From an uncultured Bacilli bacterium (GTDB lineage Bacteria > Bacillota_I > Bacilli_A > RF39 > UBA660), in the NCBI GenBank assembly GCA_947632275.1, contig CANROR010000001.1:1-41704 (forward strand): 41,704 nt of DNA, read 5' to 3'. The notes under the pieces are model-generated. The model worked only from the letters and a program-made list of their open reading frames with translations. It was not told where the DNA came from and made no database searches. The position numbers and the translations under genes were made by a program. Positions 27,030-36,866 of this stretch are shown piece by piece. How positions within the stretch are numbered: the stretch's first letter is position 1; every line of letters begins with the position of its first letter.

Positions 27030-28436
27030 CTATATATTTTTAATATTTCTTCTTTTAAAGACTATCAATGTTACGAAATACATAATTACAAAATAAACGA
27101 AACACACAATAAGCGAATGAGTTAAGGATAAACCATAAGGTGAAGTTCCGCCGAAAAGAAGAGCCGTCAAATCCCAATTAGGGGTTACAAAATAATTTAT
27201 CAATTTTATGTTGTAATTCAAGGCTAATAAATTGATAATGCCGGAACCAATATAACCTAAGAAAGTTATGGTAATAGCAAAAGCCGTATTCAAAATTAAA
27301 TTGGAAATAGCAAAGGCTAACATAGTAAGCAAAATAAACATTGGTAATTTGCATAAACAAGTTAGGAAATAATAACTTATAACATTCATTACCACATAGT
27401 TATTACTACTAACGACGTAACTAACAACCGGAATACTTAAGGAACTATAGCCAAAGAAAAGGCCACCCACTATAAATTCCGCGAGTAAAATAAAGATTAA
27501 AATAAACGGAATCATTATTAAACAAGCAAGCAATTTCGCCGTAATTATTTTTCCCCGTGAATAAGGAATTGTTAATAAATTTTTAATAGTTCCTTTATTA
27601 AATTCTTCACTAACCATGCCACCGGCAATCATAATAATAAAGACTAAAACGATTATTTCCATTTCATTAAGTAAATTTTCGATAACCATCCGCATGGTAT
27701 GGTCATTATTAGTATCTACTTTTTCTTTTAAGATATACTCATTTTCATAATAATCTTTTACATTGCTTTCATATTCTTTTTTGTTATTTTCATTTTCTTC
27801 ATAATTATAATCAACTACATAGGAATAATCTTCAATCATTGAATTTAGAGCTTTAGCTAAATAATTACCATCATTTTTAATATTATTAGCTAACGCATAA
27901 TTATAAAGTTCAATTTGTTTTTCCATTATTGCAATGTCTTTTTGTTGTTCTCTTTTTTCTTTTTCGCTGGTTGTAACTAAACTTTTCGTGGATGTCAATT
28001 CTTCTTGTAAATCATTAATTTTTAAATTAATAAAATATTGCCAATCGCCACTTTCAACTTTATTTAAAATATCTTGGGCATTTGCTTCTAACATAGTTAA
28101 ATCTTCATCCGTTTTTAAATAGTAAGCATTATAATAGGCATTAATTGCCATATAATATTCATTATAAATAGCTTCTTTTTGCCATGCTTCTGGATATTTT
28201 TTAATGTTTTCATATACCGCTTTTTCGGTAGCTAGTTCGGCTTTTTCCGTTGGGGTCTCTCCTTCTTCGTCAATCGAAGTCATTAAATCGGCCGTGAAAT
28301 TTTCCATGGTGCTTTCTAAATCTTGATTATAAATAAAATTAACTAAAATTAAAAACATGAAGCCGATTATTAAAGTTATATAGGTACTTTTTTTATGAAA
28401 AATTTTATATAATTCATTTTTTACTAATTTAATCAA
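27030..28436 (-). CDS. ABC-2 type transporter permease with a large extracytoplasmic loop
   Basis: 468 aa. TM1 at aa ~15-35, a ~220-aa charged, helix-rich segment, then about five TM segments. The start overlaps the ATPase gene by 8 nt. Confidence 0.75.
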   Translation of the reverse strand: MIKLVKNELYKIFHKKSTYITLIIGFMFLILVNFIYNQDLESTMENFTADLMTSIDEEGETPTEKAELATEKAVYENIKKYPEAWQKEAIYNEYYMAINAYYNAYYLKTDEDLTMLEANAQDILNKVESGDWQYFINLKINDLQEELTSTKSLVTTSEKEKREQQKDIAIMEKQIELYNYALANNIKNDGNYLAKALNSMIEDYSYVVDYNYEENENNKKEYESNVKDYYENEYILKEKVDTNNDHTMRMVIENLLNEMEIIVLVFIIMIAGGMVSEEFNKGTIKNLLTIPYSRGKIITAKLLACLIMIPFILIFILLAEFIVGGLFFGYSSLSIPVVSYVVSSNNYVVMNVISYYFLTCLCKLPMFILLTMLAFAISNLILNTAFAITITFLGYIGSGIINLLALNYNIKLINYFVTPNWDLTALLFGGTSPYGLSLTHSLIVCFVYFVIMYFVTLIVFKRRNIKNI

Positions 28437-29319
28437 TTTTATTACCCCCTGCTCTTTTCAAAAAGGCTTCTTCTAAAGTTAATTCTAATTCTTTTACTTC
28501 GTAAATATCTACTTTAGCTTTAACTATCTTTTTAATTATTTCGGCGATTTCTTCTTTACGCGCATTAATTTCAAAACTAGTTTTCGTGACATTTTCCATG
28601 CCTGCAAGAGTTAAAGAAGATGTATCTTTGACTTTAATTAAAAACCGGTTATCAATATGTTTTAATTTTTTAACATCACTAATTTCTAAAATTTGGCCAT
28701 CATTGATAATACATACTTTATTGCAAAAACTTTCTAATTCGGCCAGATTATGACTGGAAATTAAAACGCCAATTCCTTCTTTGGCCAACTTTTTTAAAAG
28801 CACTCTTAATTCTTTTATTCCTTCCGGATCTAACCCATTGGTTGGTTCATCTAAAATTAACAAATTGGGTTGGTGAATTAAAGCCCGGGCAATACCTAAT
28901 CTTTGCCGCATACCTAATGAATATTTACTGACTTTATCGTTAATCCGGTTTTCTAAACCAACGAATTTAATGATTTCTTGTAAAGTCGCATCTGTAACAT
29001 CAGGATAATAATCCGCCATTAATTTTAAATTTTGATATCCTGACAAATACATATAAACATCCGGACTTTCGACAATGGCTCCCACTTTAGCAATAGCTTT
29101 AACATAGTCTTTGGTAATATCATAACCATTGATTAAAACTGTGCCTTTATCAATTCCTTGTAAACCTAAAATTAATTTAATCGTCGTGGTTTTCCCACTG
29201 CCATTGGGACCAATAAAAGCTAAAATATCGCCGGGATAAATATCAAAGGAAATATCTTTTAAAATATGTTTTCCCCCGAGACTTTTATGTAAATTACGAC
29301 ATTCGAGTATTTTTTCCAT
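28429..29319 (-). CDS. ABC transporter ATP-binding protein
   Basis: Walker A GPNGSGKTT, signature YSLGMRQRLGIA, Walker B LLILDEPTNGLD, H-loop SSHNL. The ATG at 29319 follows AAGGTGG. The track start at 29334 is a GTG without an SD. Confidence 0.92.
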   Translation of the reverse strand: MEKILECRNLHKSLGGKHILKDISFDIYPGDILAFIGPNGSGKTTTIKLILGLQGIDKGTVLINGYDITKDYVKAIAKVGAIVESPDVYMYLSGYQNLKLMADYYPDVTDATLQEIIKFVGLENRINDKVSKYSLGMRQRLGIARALIHQPNLLILDEPTNGLDPEGIKELRVLLKKLAKEGIGVLISSHNLAELESFCNKVCIINDGQILEISDVKKLKHIDNRFLIKVKDTSSLTLAGMENVTKTSFEINARKEEIAEIIKKIVKAKVDIYEVKELELTLEEAFLKRAGGNKID

Positions 29320-29357
29320 TTTTCCACCTTTCACTTATATATATTTCTTAAATTTTC

Positions 29358-30251
29358 CTAATTTCCTTTTTTCCGCGGAAACTTTTCTAAATAAATTTTT
29401 TTCGTTTGTTCATTCGTAACATGGGTATAAATGCCGGTCGTATTTAAACTGGCATGACCTAATAATTCTTGAACACTTTTAATATCGGCGCCATGATTAA
29501 GTAAATGGGTTGCAAAAGTGTGTCGCAACGTGTGGGGCGTTACTTTCTTTTTCAAAGCCACCTTTTTAATAATATTTTTCATAATTATTTCCATTTCCTG
29601 AATGGTTAATACCTGCCCTTTATCATCTACTAACAAATAAGGACTATCATTTCCCTTAAGTAATTCGCTTCGTGCTTTTTTTAAATATTTATCTAAATAT
29701 AAAGCGGCATACTCCCCATAATAAACAATTCTTTCTTTACTCCCTTTACCAATTATTCGAATTCTTTTATTAGCATAATCTATATCTTTTAATTTAATAT
29801 TGCATAGTTCACTAGCTCGACAACCCGTCGCATACAAAAGTTCCACAATTAAGCGATTACGATAATCTTTTTCATCATTTAAAGTGATACTTTCTAAAAT
29901 ATCACTCATTTCATTTAAACTTAAAAAATTCGGCAATTTCTTTTCTAATTTAGGATTCCGAATACTCGTAAATAAATTATATTCTAATTTTCCTTCATTT
30001 ACTAAAAAATTATAAAAACTTCTAATCGAACTTAAATGCCGCGAAATAGTACTATTTTTTAATTTTTGGGTATCTAATTCTTTTAAATAATCGCGAATTT
30101 GATTCCGATTTATTTTTAAATAATCCCATTGCTTTTTTTGCAAATATTTTTGAAATTCTTCCAAATCAAAATTATAATTAAGAATCGTTTTATCCGAATA
30201 GTTTAATTCTTTTTCTAAATAAATTAAAAATTTATTTTTGTCATCTTCCAT
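29358..30251 (-). CDS. XerC/XerD-family tyrosine site-specific recombinase
   Basis: 297 aa. The N-terminal SAM-like domain (FLIYLEKELNYSDKTILNYNFDLEEFQKYL) and the catalytic C-terminus (ATGCRASEL, HTLRHTFATHLLNHGADIKSVQELLGHASLNTTGIYTHV) give the R..H-x-x-R..Y pattern typical of chromosomal Xer proteins. I cannot tell XerC from XerD. Confidence 0.85.
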   Translation of the reverse strand: MEDDKNKFLIYLEKELNYSDKTILNYNFDLEEFQKYLQKKQWDYLKINRNQIRDYLKELDTQKLKNSTISRHLSSIRSFYNFLVNEGKLEYNLFTSIRNPKLEKKLPNFLSLNEMSDILESITLNDEKDYRNRLIVELLYATGCRASELCNIKLKDIDYANKRIRIIGKGSKERIVYYGEYAALYLDKYLKKARSELLKGNDSPYLLVDDKGQVLTIQEMEIIMKNIIKKVALKKKVTPHTLRHTFATHLLNHGADIKSVQELLGHASLNTTGIYTHVTNEQTKKIYLEKFPRKKGN

Positions 30252-30651
30252 GCGTATTTCCTTTTATTAAAGCATTTAACTCGCGCCGAATTTGATTAAT
30301 TCTTAATCTTAATTCTTCTTTTTGGAGTCTTTGATGGGATAAATCATGTTGCCATTCCGTTTTTTCAAAACCCGATTTATGCCATTTGGTGGCCGGATTA
30401 TCTAAAATATTCGTATCTTCTTCAATACTTTTTTCTAAATCTCTAAATTCTTTTCGCGCTAGCCGTAATTCGTCTTTTAACTCATAATATTTGTTAACTA
30501 CTTCCGGATCTTCTCCCATACCTAGTTGGTAATCTTCTTCTTCGATAGGATAAAGACTTTCTAATTCTTCATCAGTTAAAAACGGAATATCTTCATATTC
30601 CTTTTCTTCTGCCATCGCGCGCATACTTTTGATAATATCTTCTTTTTTCAT
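30241..30651 (-). CDS. Hypothetical acidic coiled-coil protein
   Basis: 136-aa ORF with an ATGA overlap with the upstream gene and an 11-nt overlap with the Xer gene. No motif recognised. Confidence 0.6.
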   Translation of the reverse strand: MKKEDIIKSMRAMAEEKEYEDIPFLTDEELESLYPIEEEDYQLGMGEDPEVVNKYYELKDELRLARKEFRDLEKSIEEDTNILDNPATKWHKSGFEKTEWQHDLSHQRLQKEELRLRINQIRRELNALIKGNTHGR

Positions 30652-31280
30652 GATAATTCCTCAATTGGCCCAATTTCCATTTGCCCTTTTAAAGTTCGAT
30701 TTTTATTGGCATCTTGATTTTCTTGAAAATTAACAAAAACAATCATTGCTTTCCATTCATGATAAGCAAAATCATTAGTTTTTATTTCATAACTTGGGGT
30801 TATAACATATTCTCCAGTTGCTTGCGTAATATCAAAGCCTTTATATTCCCCGCTTTCGACATATTTTAAATCCCCTAAAGTTTGTAAAGTATTACCTAAA
30901 GGATCCGTTATAACTAATAATAATTCCGGCCGATTACGATCAACGGTATAAACAAAATTATTTTTTTCAATATTGATTTTAACATAATAATTATGGGATA
31001 TCATTTGTTTATTGCTTGCCGCTTTTAAACTGACTGAACAATAAGTTTCCCCTAATAAACTATCCATGCCTTCTCCAAAATTGGTATAATCCGCATGAAT
31101 ACTTAGAGGGTCTCCCGCATTAAAAGTAATAAGTTCCGTCATCGCCGAAGAAACCTTAGAATCGTCGGATTCTAAAGCAATATTGACTCCGGAAAACCAA
31201 GCAAACGTCGCCGATATAGCAAAAACGATAAACGACAACAAAAATACTACTGTAAGAATTATTGTTTGCTTTTTACTCAT
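30648..31280 (-). CDS. Hypothetical secreted protein with a SipW-cognate/TasA-type signal peptide motif
   Basis: The ATG at 31280 is 5 nt after AAAGGTGA; the track start at 31289 is a GTG in the SD. The N-terminus is MSKKQTIILTVVFLLSFIVFAISATFAWFSG. The T-F-A-W-F-S motif after the h-region resembles the GT(F/Y)A(Y/F)F(S/T)D motif of TasA/CalY/camelysin-type signals. A beta-rich domain follows. Confidence 0.55.
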   Translation of the reverse strand: MSKKQTIILTVVFLLSFIVFAISATFAWFSGVNIALESDDSKVSSAMTELITFNAGDPLSIHADYTNFGEGMDSLLGETYCSVSLKAASNKQMISHNYYVKINIEKNNFVYTVDRNRPELLLVITDPLGNTLQTLGDLKYVESGEYKGFDITQATGEYVITPSYEIKTNDFAYHEWKAMIVFVNFQENQDANKNRTLKGQMEIGPIEELS

Positions 31281-31301
31281 TACTTTCACCTTTCTTATTT
31301 T

Positions 31302-31577
31302 TTAAATTAAATCTTCAACCTTTACTTCACTAACTATTTGCGAAAAATCTTTAGTTAAAATTTTAAGTACTTCTAGTAATACTTCCTTATTTTCTTCTTT
31401 AGCTACATATATTTCATTATTTTCATTTATTTCTTTTAAAATAGCAAAATTTCCGATTCCTTCATCTTCTTCGTCTAATTGTTCAACCAAAAGAAAATTA
31501 GAATTATTGAAATTAGCTTTAGCTAATATCTCACATTTTAAACCATCCTCTAAAATTAATATATTATCTTTTTCCAT
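31302..31577 (-). CDS. Small acidic protein, DUF1292-like
   Basis: 91 aa. The pattern ILILEDGLKCEIL...FLLVEQLDEEDEGIGNFAILKEINENNEIYVAKEENKEVLLEVL resembles the DUF1292/YrzB family layout. By-eye call only. Confidence 0.45.
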   Translation of the reverse strand: MEKDNILILEDGLKCEILAKANFNNSNFLLVEQLDEEDEGIGNFAILKEINENNEIYVAKEENKEVLLEVLKILTKDFSQIVSEVKVEDLI

Positions 31578-31579
31578 TT

Positions 31580-33295
31580 TTATCTTCCCCTGAATTCTTG
31601 TAAAATATCTTCTAAATCAAAAACTTGTTCATTACTTTGTGGTGGTACTTTAGGCATATTTTGTTCAATAATATTAGCCTTATCAACCGCATCTTTTTGT
31701 AAAGCTTTTAATTCCGTGATACTATGATCAATTTCTTGACTAAAAGCTTTTTTAGATACTTTACTTAATTTAGTAGTTAACATATCTGTTAATTTGGCCA
31801 AACCACTAATAACTTTAGAAACCTTTTGGGCAATAATAGCACCCCCAGTGGTAATTGTAAGTAGACTTGTCGCTGCTAGATGACCCGAGATTTTCAATAA
31901 GCCTTTTGCCTTTCTCACATTTTCATTTTTAGGTTCCTTGCTTAAATGCCGAGCCACTTTCGTTGGTTTATTACTAAAATCCGCATAAACTTTTTCTTTA
32001 AGTTCGGGTTCTTTTTTAACCGGAATTTCTTTCTTTTTTTCAACAGGAGCTTCTTCTTTCTTAATTGGTTTTATTTCTTCTCTTTCTCTTTTAGTTACCT
32101 TTGGAACTTCAAAAACCGGAAGATGATGTTCTAATTTAGGATTAATTTGTTTAAATTTAAAATTAAGTGCATTTTCTTTGGTGTACATACTATTAGTTAT
32201 TTTAAATTCTTTAGTTGCCTCATCTTTAAGATAAGCAAAACCAAGTGGCAATTTTAATTGATCAATTCTTTGATCACATCGTAAAACATTTTGGCCATTT
32301 TCCATCGTAAGATAAATTTTTGCCCCCGGATTATTATTTCTAATACTTTGTAAGAATTTTTCATTACTATATTCATGAATTACTTTTAAATTTACAGTTT
32401 TATCCCAAGTAGCCGCTTCAATTACATCTTTTTCTTTATTATAAGTATAACCACTAGGTAAATTTAAAACTTCCGGATTAGAAATATAAATTTCATCTTT
32501 GGCTACTAAAATACTAACATTAGGATTAAATAATTGTAATAAAGAACCAATTGTTTCATATTTATTTTTATTCTTAGCCACAACGCCATATTTTAAACAA
32601 TAGTTTTTACAATTGCGACGATTTTCATTAATACTATAAATACTTTCTTCCATCAATTGATTTAATCTTTGATACCAACTTCGTAATAATTCGGCAAAAT
32701 CATTAGGTAAAAAAGCCTTATTTAAAGTATTTTCCAATTTTTCTATTTGCGAATCTAATAAAAATACATAATCCGCATATTCATATTGCTTAAATAAATC
32801 ATTTATTCTTTTATCTTCATAGGTAAAGCCTTTCCGTAATTCTTTCCATTTACCTTCGGCCGTTAAAAATTCATCTTTTAATTTCGATTGGCGAAGCATT
32901 TCAATTTGTTTTTGCGAATCCGGAATATTTTTCGTCGCGGCATTGATTTTTTCTTTAATATTTTGAAAATCCTTTTGAACAGACTTTTCGTATCTTAAAT
33001 ATAAATTATAAGCATAAAATGGTTGCAATTGGGCATGGAAAAATTTGATAAAAGCATTAAATGTTTTTTTAACATCAACATCTAATTGACTTCTTTTTAA
33101 ATAATTAGTATACATATTTTCTAAATCATTTAATTTACCAACGATTCTAATCATGGCCATTTTTTCCATATCGCATAAATTTTGGTTATTTTTCTTAATA
33201 TTATTTAAGACATTAACTGTTAAATTATGACTTAAGGCCACATTACTTATTTCTAAATTATTTTCTGCAATTAAAGATGCTAACTTATCTTCCAT
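31580..33295 (-). CDS. Hypothetical 571-aa protein
   Basis: A long ORF in AT-rich DNA with its own promoter.
- Helical N-terminal half.
- Two similar beta-rich segments (LNLPSGYTYNKEKD and LKLPLGFAYLKDEA).
- K/E/P-rich linker (KREREEIKPIKKEEAPVEKKKEIPVKKEPELKEK).
- One weakly hydrophobic segment (LLKISGHLAATSLLTITTGGAIIA).
- C-terminal helical tail.
- No family recognised. Confidence 0.6.
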   Translation of the reverse strand: MEDKLASLIAENNLEISNVALSHNLTVNVLNNIKKNNQNLCDMEKMAMIRIVGKLNDLENMYTNYLKRSQLDVDVKKTFNAFIKFFHAQLQPFYAYNLYLRYEKSVQKDFQNIKEKINAATKNIPDSQKQIEMLRQSKLKDEFLTAEGKWKELRKGFTYEDKRINDLFKQYEYADYVFLLDSQIEKLENTLNKAFLPNDFAELLRSWYQRLNQLMEESIYSINENRRNCKNYCLKYGVVAKNKNKYETIGSLLQLFNPNVSILVAKDEIYISNPEVLNLPSGYTYNKEKDVIEAATWDKTVNLKVIHEYSNEKFLQSIRNNNPGAKIYLTMENGQNVLRCDQRIDQLKLPLGFAYLKDEATKEFKITNSMYTKENALNFKFKQINPKLEHHLPVFEVPKVTKREREEIKPIKKEEAPVEKKKEIPVKKEPELKEKVYADFSNKPTKVARHLSKEPKNENVRKAKGLLKISGHLAATSLLTITTGGAIIAQKVSKVISGLAKLTDMLTTKLSKVSKKAFSQEIDHSITELKALQKDAVDKANIIEQNMPKVPPQSNEQVFDLEDILQEFRGR

Positions 33296-33321
33296 AATTC
33301 CACCTTCACCTATTCTCTCTC

Positions 33322-33350
33322 ATTTTAACACAGGTAAATGAAAAAAGCAA
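33322..33350 (-). promoter_or_regulatory. Promoter of the 571-aa gene unit
   Basis: The minus strand reads TTGCTT-17 nt-TAAAAT with an extended -10 TGT (TGTTAAAAT, 33330-33322). The -35 (33350-33345) overlaps the descending arm of the valS terminator. Confidence 0.5.
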
Positions 33351-33383
33351 TTTTGAAGTATAATATTTTCTTCAAAATTGCTC
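33338..33383 (-). terminator. Rho-independent terminator of valS
   Basis: Perfect 13-bp stem AGCAATTTTGAAG/CTTCAAAATTGCT (33346-33358 / 33370-33382) followed on the minus strand by UUUUUCAUUU. It starts 5 nt after the valS stop. Confidence 0.85.
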
Positions 33384-33387
33384 AAAT

Positions 33388-35889
33388 TTAAAATTGCGCT
33401 AACCTTTTCTTTTCTTCTTCTAATTTTATTCTTTCGCCTTCTACTAATTCTTGAGGGGCTTTGGCCACAAAAGCAGCATTATTAAGCAGATTTTCCCGTT
33501 TTTTAATACTTGCCATCAATTCTTGTTTTTCTTTTTCTCTTTTTAACTTATCTTCGGCTGTTTCTTGTTTTTCATAGAATATTTCAACCTTTAAGTCTTT
33601 AACTTCAATAACATCGGTAGCCTTTATTTCTTCTTTTAGATTATCTTGACACTTTAATAATTTAATAATTAAATCTTCGTTTTCGAAAGCGGTAATTTTA
33701 ATTTGATAATCTTTCCCCATTTGTTTGTCTTGTTTTAAAGTTCTTACCTTCGTTACAAGTTCTCGAACGTTTTCGATTTTTAAAGCGGCCTTTTTATCTA
33801 TTTTATTCTTTTCGAAAACGGGATAATCACTAATCATTATGCTGTTATCCTTACCCATGAATTCTTGATAGATCGTTTCGGTCACATAAGGCATAAAAGG
33901 ATGAAGCATTTTTAATATCCCTAATAACACTTCTTTAATTGTATCGATGGTACTTGCATCATCTAGATAAAACTTGGCCATTTCAATATAAGAATCGCAA
34001 AAATCTTCCCATATAAATTTGTAAAGAATCGAACCAACATTTTGGAGTTCAAAGCGATCCATGAATTTAGTTACATCTTTAATCGTTTCTTCATATCGCG
34101 TTAAAATCCATTTATCACAATCCTTTAAAGGCGCTTCTTTAACTTCATTTTGCATATTCATTAAGACAAATCGACTAGCATTCCATATTTTATTAATAAA
34201 GTTCCAAGTTGAGGCCACTTTTTCTTCATCATATTTGATATCTGTCCCCGGAGCTGTCGAAGTTGTTAAATAAAATCTTAAAGCATCAGCTCCATATTTA
34301 TCAATAACATCCATCGGATCGACCCCATTACCTAAACTCTTGCTAAATTTACGACCTTCTTTATCCCGAATTAGACCATGAATTAAGCAATATTTAAACG
34401 GCCGCTTCCCAGTTAAATGCAGACTTTGAAAAGTCATGCGGTTAACCCAAAAAGGAATAATATCATAACCGGTTACTAAAACATCCGTTGGGAAATATTT
34501 TTGATAGTCTTCAGTTTGATGCGGCCAACCTAAAGTGGCAAAAGGCCATAAAGCGGAAGAAAACCACGTATCTAAGACATCTTCATCTTGATGCCAACCT
34601 TCGCCTTCTGGTTTCGTTAAACCAACATATATTTCTTCATTCCGGTACCAAACAGGAATTCTGTGTCCCCACCATAATTGCCGCGAAATACACCAATCAT
34701 AAGTTATTTCCATCCAGTGATTCATAATTTTTTCGTATCTAGCTGGCACAAAATTAACTTTCGTTTCTTTATTTTTTTGATTTTCTAAAACTTTGTCGGC
34801 TAAAGGCCGCATTTTGACAAACCATTGTTTTGATAAATAAGGTTCAACCATAACTCCGGTTCTTTCACTATGACCAACACTATGCGTAATTGGTTCGACT
34901 TCTAATAAAAAGCCGGCTTTTTCTAAATCTTTAACCAATTCTTCCCGGCACCGAAAACGGTCCATTCCTTGATATTTTAAAGCGTTTTCATTCATAGTGC
35001 CATCCGGATTAATAACAATAATATTTTCTAAATTATGTCTTTTCCCTACTTCAAAATCGTTAGGATCATGAGCTGGCGTAATTTTAACGCAACCAGTTCC
35101 TTTTTCCGGATCGGCATGAATATCACCAACGATCGGAATTTCGCGATTTACCAAAGGTAAAATTACTTTTTGGCCAATTAAATCTTTATATCGTTCATCT
35201 TTGGGATTGACGGCCACCGCGGTATCACCAAACATGGTTTCCGGCCGCGTCGTTGCTACATCAATATATTTATCAGAACCAACAAGTGGATATTTAATAT
35301 GATAAAAAGCCCCAGGAATATCTTTATAAATAACTTCTTCGGTTGATAAAGCCGTTTGACTTTCGGGATCCCAGTTAATAATCCGTTCTCCGCGATAGAT
35401 TAAACCTTCATTATAAAAGTCAATAAAAACTTTTTGCACAGCTTCTTCCATGCCTTTATCTAAAGTAAAACGTTCTTTATTATAATCTAAACTCAAACCT
35501 AATTTAGCCCATTGATGCCGAATATTTAAAGCATATTCTTCTTTCCATTTCCAGGCTTCTCGTAAAAATCCTTCCCGGCCTAAACTTTGTTTACTAATTC
35601 CTTGTTCTTTTAATTTTTCCACCACTTTTATTTCGGTGGCAATGGCAGCATGATCCATGCCAGGAAGCCATAGACAATCATAGCCTTGCATTCTTTTATA
35701 GCGAATTAAAGCATCTTGAATGGCTACATCTAAAGCATGACCTAAATGCAGGCGTCCTGTGACATTAGGTGGTGGTATCACAATAGTAAAAGGTTTTCCT
35801 TTCTTTTTCCCACTGGCAAAATAACCTTTTTTTAACCAATCTTCATAATGAACTTCAGTATTTTGGTGATTATATTTTTTATCTAACAT
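33388..35889 (-). CDS. valS: Valine--tRNA ligase
   Basis: 833 aa with the HIGH region [19 protein letters not shown] as KFSKSLGN, an editing-domain block ([17 protein letters not shown]) and a C-terminal coiled coil. Preceded by a Val-specific T-box. Confidence 0.95.
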   Translation of the reverse strand: MLDKKYNHQNTEVHYEDWLKKGYFASGKKKGKPFTIVIPPPNVTGRLHLGHALDVAIQDALIRYKRMQGYDCLWLPGMDHAAIATEIKVVEKLKEQGISKQSLGREGFLREAWKWKEEYALNIRHQWAKLGLSLDYNKERFTLDKGMEEAVQKVFIDFYNEGLIYRGERIINWDPESQTALSTEEVIYKDIPGAFYHIKYPLVGSDKYIDVATTRPETMFGDTAVAVNPKDERYKDLIGQKVILPLVNREIPIVGDIHADPEKGTGCVKITPAHDPNDFEVGKRHNLENIIVINPDGTMNENALKYQGMDRFRCREELVKDLEKAGFLLEVEPITHSVGHSERTGVMVEPYLSKQWFVKMRPLADKVLENQKNKETKVNFVPARYEKIMNHWMEITYDWCISRQLWWGHRIPVWYRNEEIYVGLTKPEGEGWHQDEDVLDTWFSSALWPFATLGWPHQTEDYQKYFPTDVLVTGYDIIPFWVNRMTFQSLHLTGKRPFKYCLIHGLIRDKEGRKFSKSLGNGVDPMDVIDKYGADALRFYLTTSTAPGTDIKYDEEKVASTWNFINKIWNASRFVLMNMQNEVKEAPLKDCDKWILTRYEETIKDVTKFMDRFELQNVGSILYKFIWEDFCDSYIEMAKFYLDDASTIDTIKEVLLGILKMLHPFMPYVTETIYQEFMGKDNSIMISDYPVFEKNKIDKKAALKIENVRELVTKVRTLKQDKQMGKDYQIKITAFENEDLIIKLLKCQDNLKEEIKATDVIEVKDLKVEIFYEKQETAEDKLKREKEKQELMASIKKRENLLNNAAFVAKAPQELVEGERIKLEEEKKRLAQF

Positions 35890-35893
35890 AATA

Positions 35894-36628
35894 TCACTCC
35901 TCTTTTTCTAATTGAGCTAAAGCTAAATCCGTTATCTTCGTAAATAATTCTTGACTATCTGGATCAACTTGAGCCTTAGCTATAAATTTATCCAAATATT
36001 TTCTTTCCTTTAAAATAATAATACTTTCTTTAAAATTAAGATCAAACATATAAGCACATGTTAATATAAAGGTTTTGGAAGGATTAGGTTTGCCAAATAT
36101 TTTGATGGATTGCCCCTTAAAATATTCCTGAAAATATTCTTCCGGTACATCCTCTTTTTTAAAATAAACGTTGTGTTCTAAATTAATCGTATTTAAAATA
36201 TCAATCTTATCTAAATCCCTAATTAATTTAACAAAAAAGTTAGTTCTTTCATCAAAATTAGGTACTTCTAAAACATGTTTATTATGATAATATATGGCTT
36301 TTTTAATAATGTCATAATCTTTTTCCTCTGGCCAAAATTCTTTAATATGTCCTTCATCAAATAAATATTTTACGCCATAAGCCGCATGATCAAATAAATC
36401 ATCTTGAAAACTATTAACTACCTCTAATTGATGAAAACGACCAATGTCATGTAGTAACGAAATAATATTAATTAATTTAGTATCTTCTTCATTTAAATTT
36501 AATCTTTGGGCAAATATCGTCGACAAGGCTAAAACTCGTAAAGGATGTTCGATTTTTATTCTTACTTTTAAATCACTTTTATCATATTTGCTCGCATAGG
36601 CCAAAAACGCTTCTTTTGCTTGATCCAT
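35894..36628 (-). CDS. HD-domain phosphohydrolase-like protein
   Basis: H...HD pattern ([11 protein letters not shown]...[10 protein letters not shown]...DHAAYG). The ATG at 36628 is 6 nt after AGGAGG; the track TTG at 36646 is less likely. Only 4 nt separate it from valS. Confidence 0.75.
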   Translation of the reverse strand: MDQAKEAFLAYASKYDKSDLKVRIKIEHPLRVLALSTIFAQRLNLNEEDTKLINIISLLHDIGRFHQLEVVNSFQDDLFDHAAYGVKYLFDEGHIKEFWPEEKDYDIIKKAIYYHNKHVLEVPNFDERTNFFVKLIRDLDKIDILNTINLEHNVYFKKEDVPEEYFQEYFKGQSIKIFGKPNPSKTFILTCAYMFDLNFKESIIILKERKYLDKFIAKAQVDPDSQELFTKITDLALAQLEKEE

Positions 36629-36647
36629 AAATTTCCTCCTAAACAAT

Positions 36648-36831
36648 AAAAAAGAACGTTACCAAGGAGTGCTAAAGCACGGTACCATCCTTTTTTTTAC
36701 TTAATTTAGTTTTAAAGCACTACTGCTTGTTACTCCCTTTGCAACCTTCAAATAATCAAATTTTTAGTTTTCACCAACCACTAAATCTCTACCTATTTGA
36801 ATTATTTTACTCCTCAAATTTCTTTGTAACT
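36648..36831 (-). promoter_or_regulatory. T-box riboswitch leader, valine specifier (GUU)
   Basis: Minus-strand read:
- Stem I base GUUAC/GUAAC and UUUG/CAAA.
- Specifier loop with 5' GAGGAGUA (AGUA) and 3' ...GAAG-GUU-G directly before the helix (GUU = plus 36743-36745).
- AGAGA and GGUGAAA distal elements.
- T-box sequence AAGGAUGGUACCGUG (plus 36678-36692), against consensus GGGUGGUACCGCG.
- Terminator GGUACCGUGC...GCACUCCUUGGUAAC plus a U run. Confidence 0.8.
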
Positions 36832-36837
36832 TTCCTT

Positions 36838-36866
36838 ATTTTATCAAAATTAATTATTTAATTCAA
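36838..36866 (-). promoter_or_regulatory. Promoter of the T-box/HD/valS unit
   Basis: The minus strand reads TTGAAT-17 nt-TAAAAT with an upstream TG (TGATAAAAT). The -35 (36866-36861) lies inside the last codons of the 303-aa gene. Confidence 0.55.

Noticed and set aside
29358-30251. Tyrosine recombinase as the integrase of a prophage, ICE or genomic island.
   Set aside because: Its size (297 aa) and motifs are those of chromosomal XerC/XerD. There are no flanking direct repeats, no tRNA target next to it, and no excisionase, phage or conjugation genes. It is overlapped with its neighbours inside an operon.
31946-32134. 62-aa plus-strand ORF rich in F/N/R.
   Set aside because: It is the antisense reading of the K/E/P-rich linker of the 571-aa protein. 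It is low complexity and has no SD.
34061-34727. Two plus-strand ORFs (70 and 79 aa) inside valS. The other short track ORFs nested in or antisense to long genes were treated the same way: 449-637, 2048-2248, 4920-5141, 8119-8349, 17893-18087, 20181-20387, 22754-22978, 27178-27360, 27934-28122 and 39270-39500.
   Set aside because: Each lies wholly within a longer, motif-supported gene on the opposite strand or in another frame. None has a ribosome-binding site, and their compositions reflect the partner frame.
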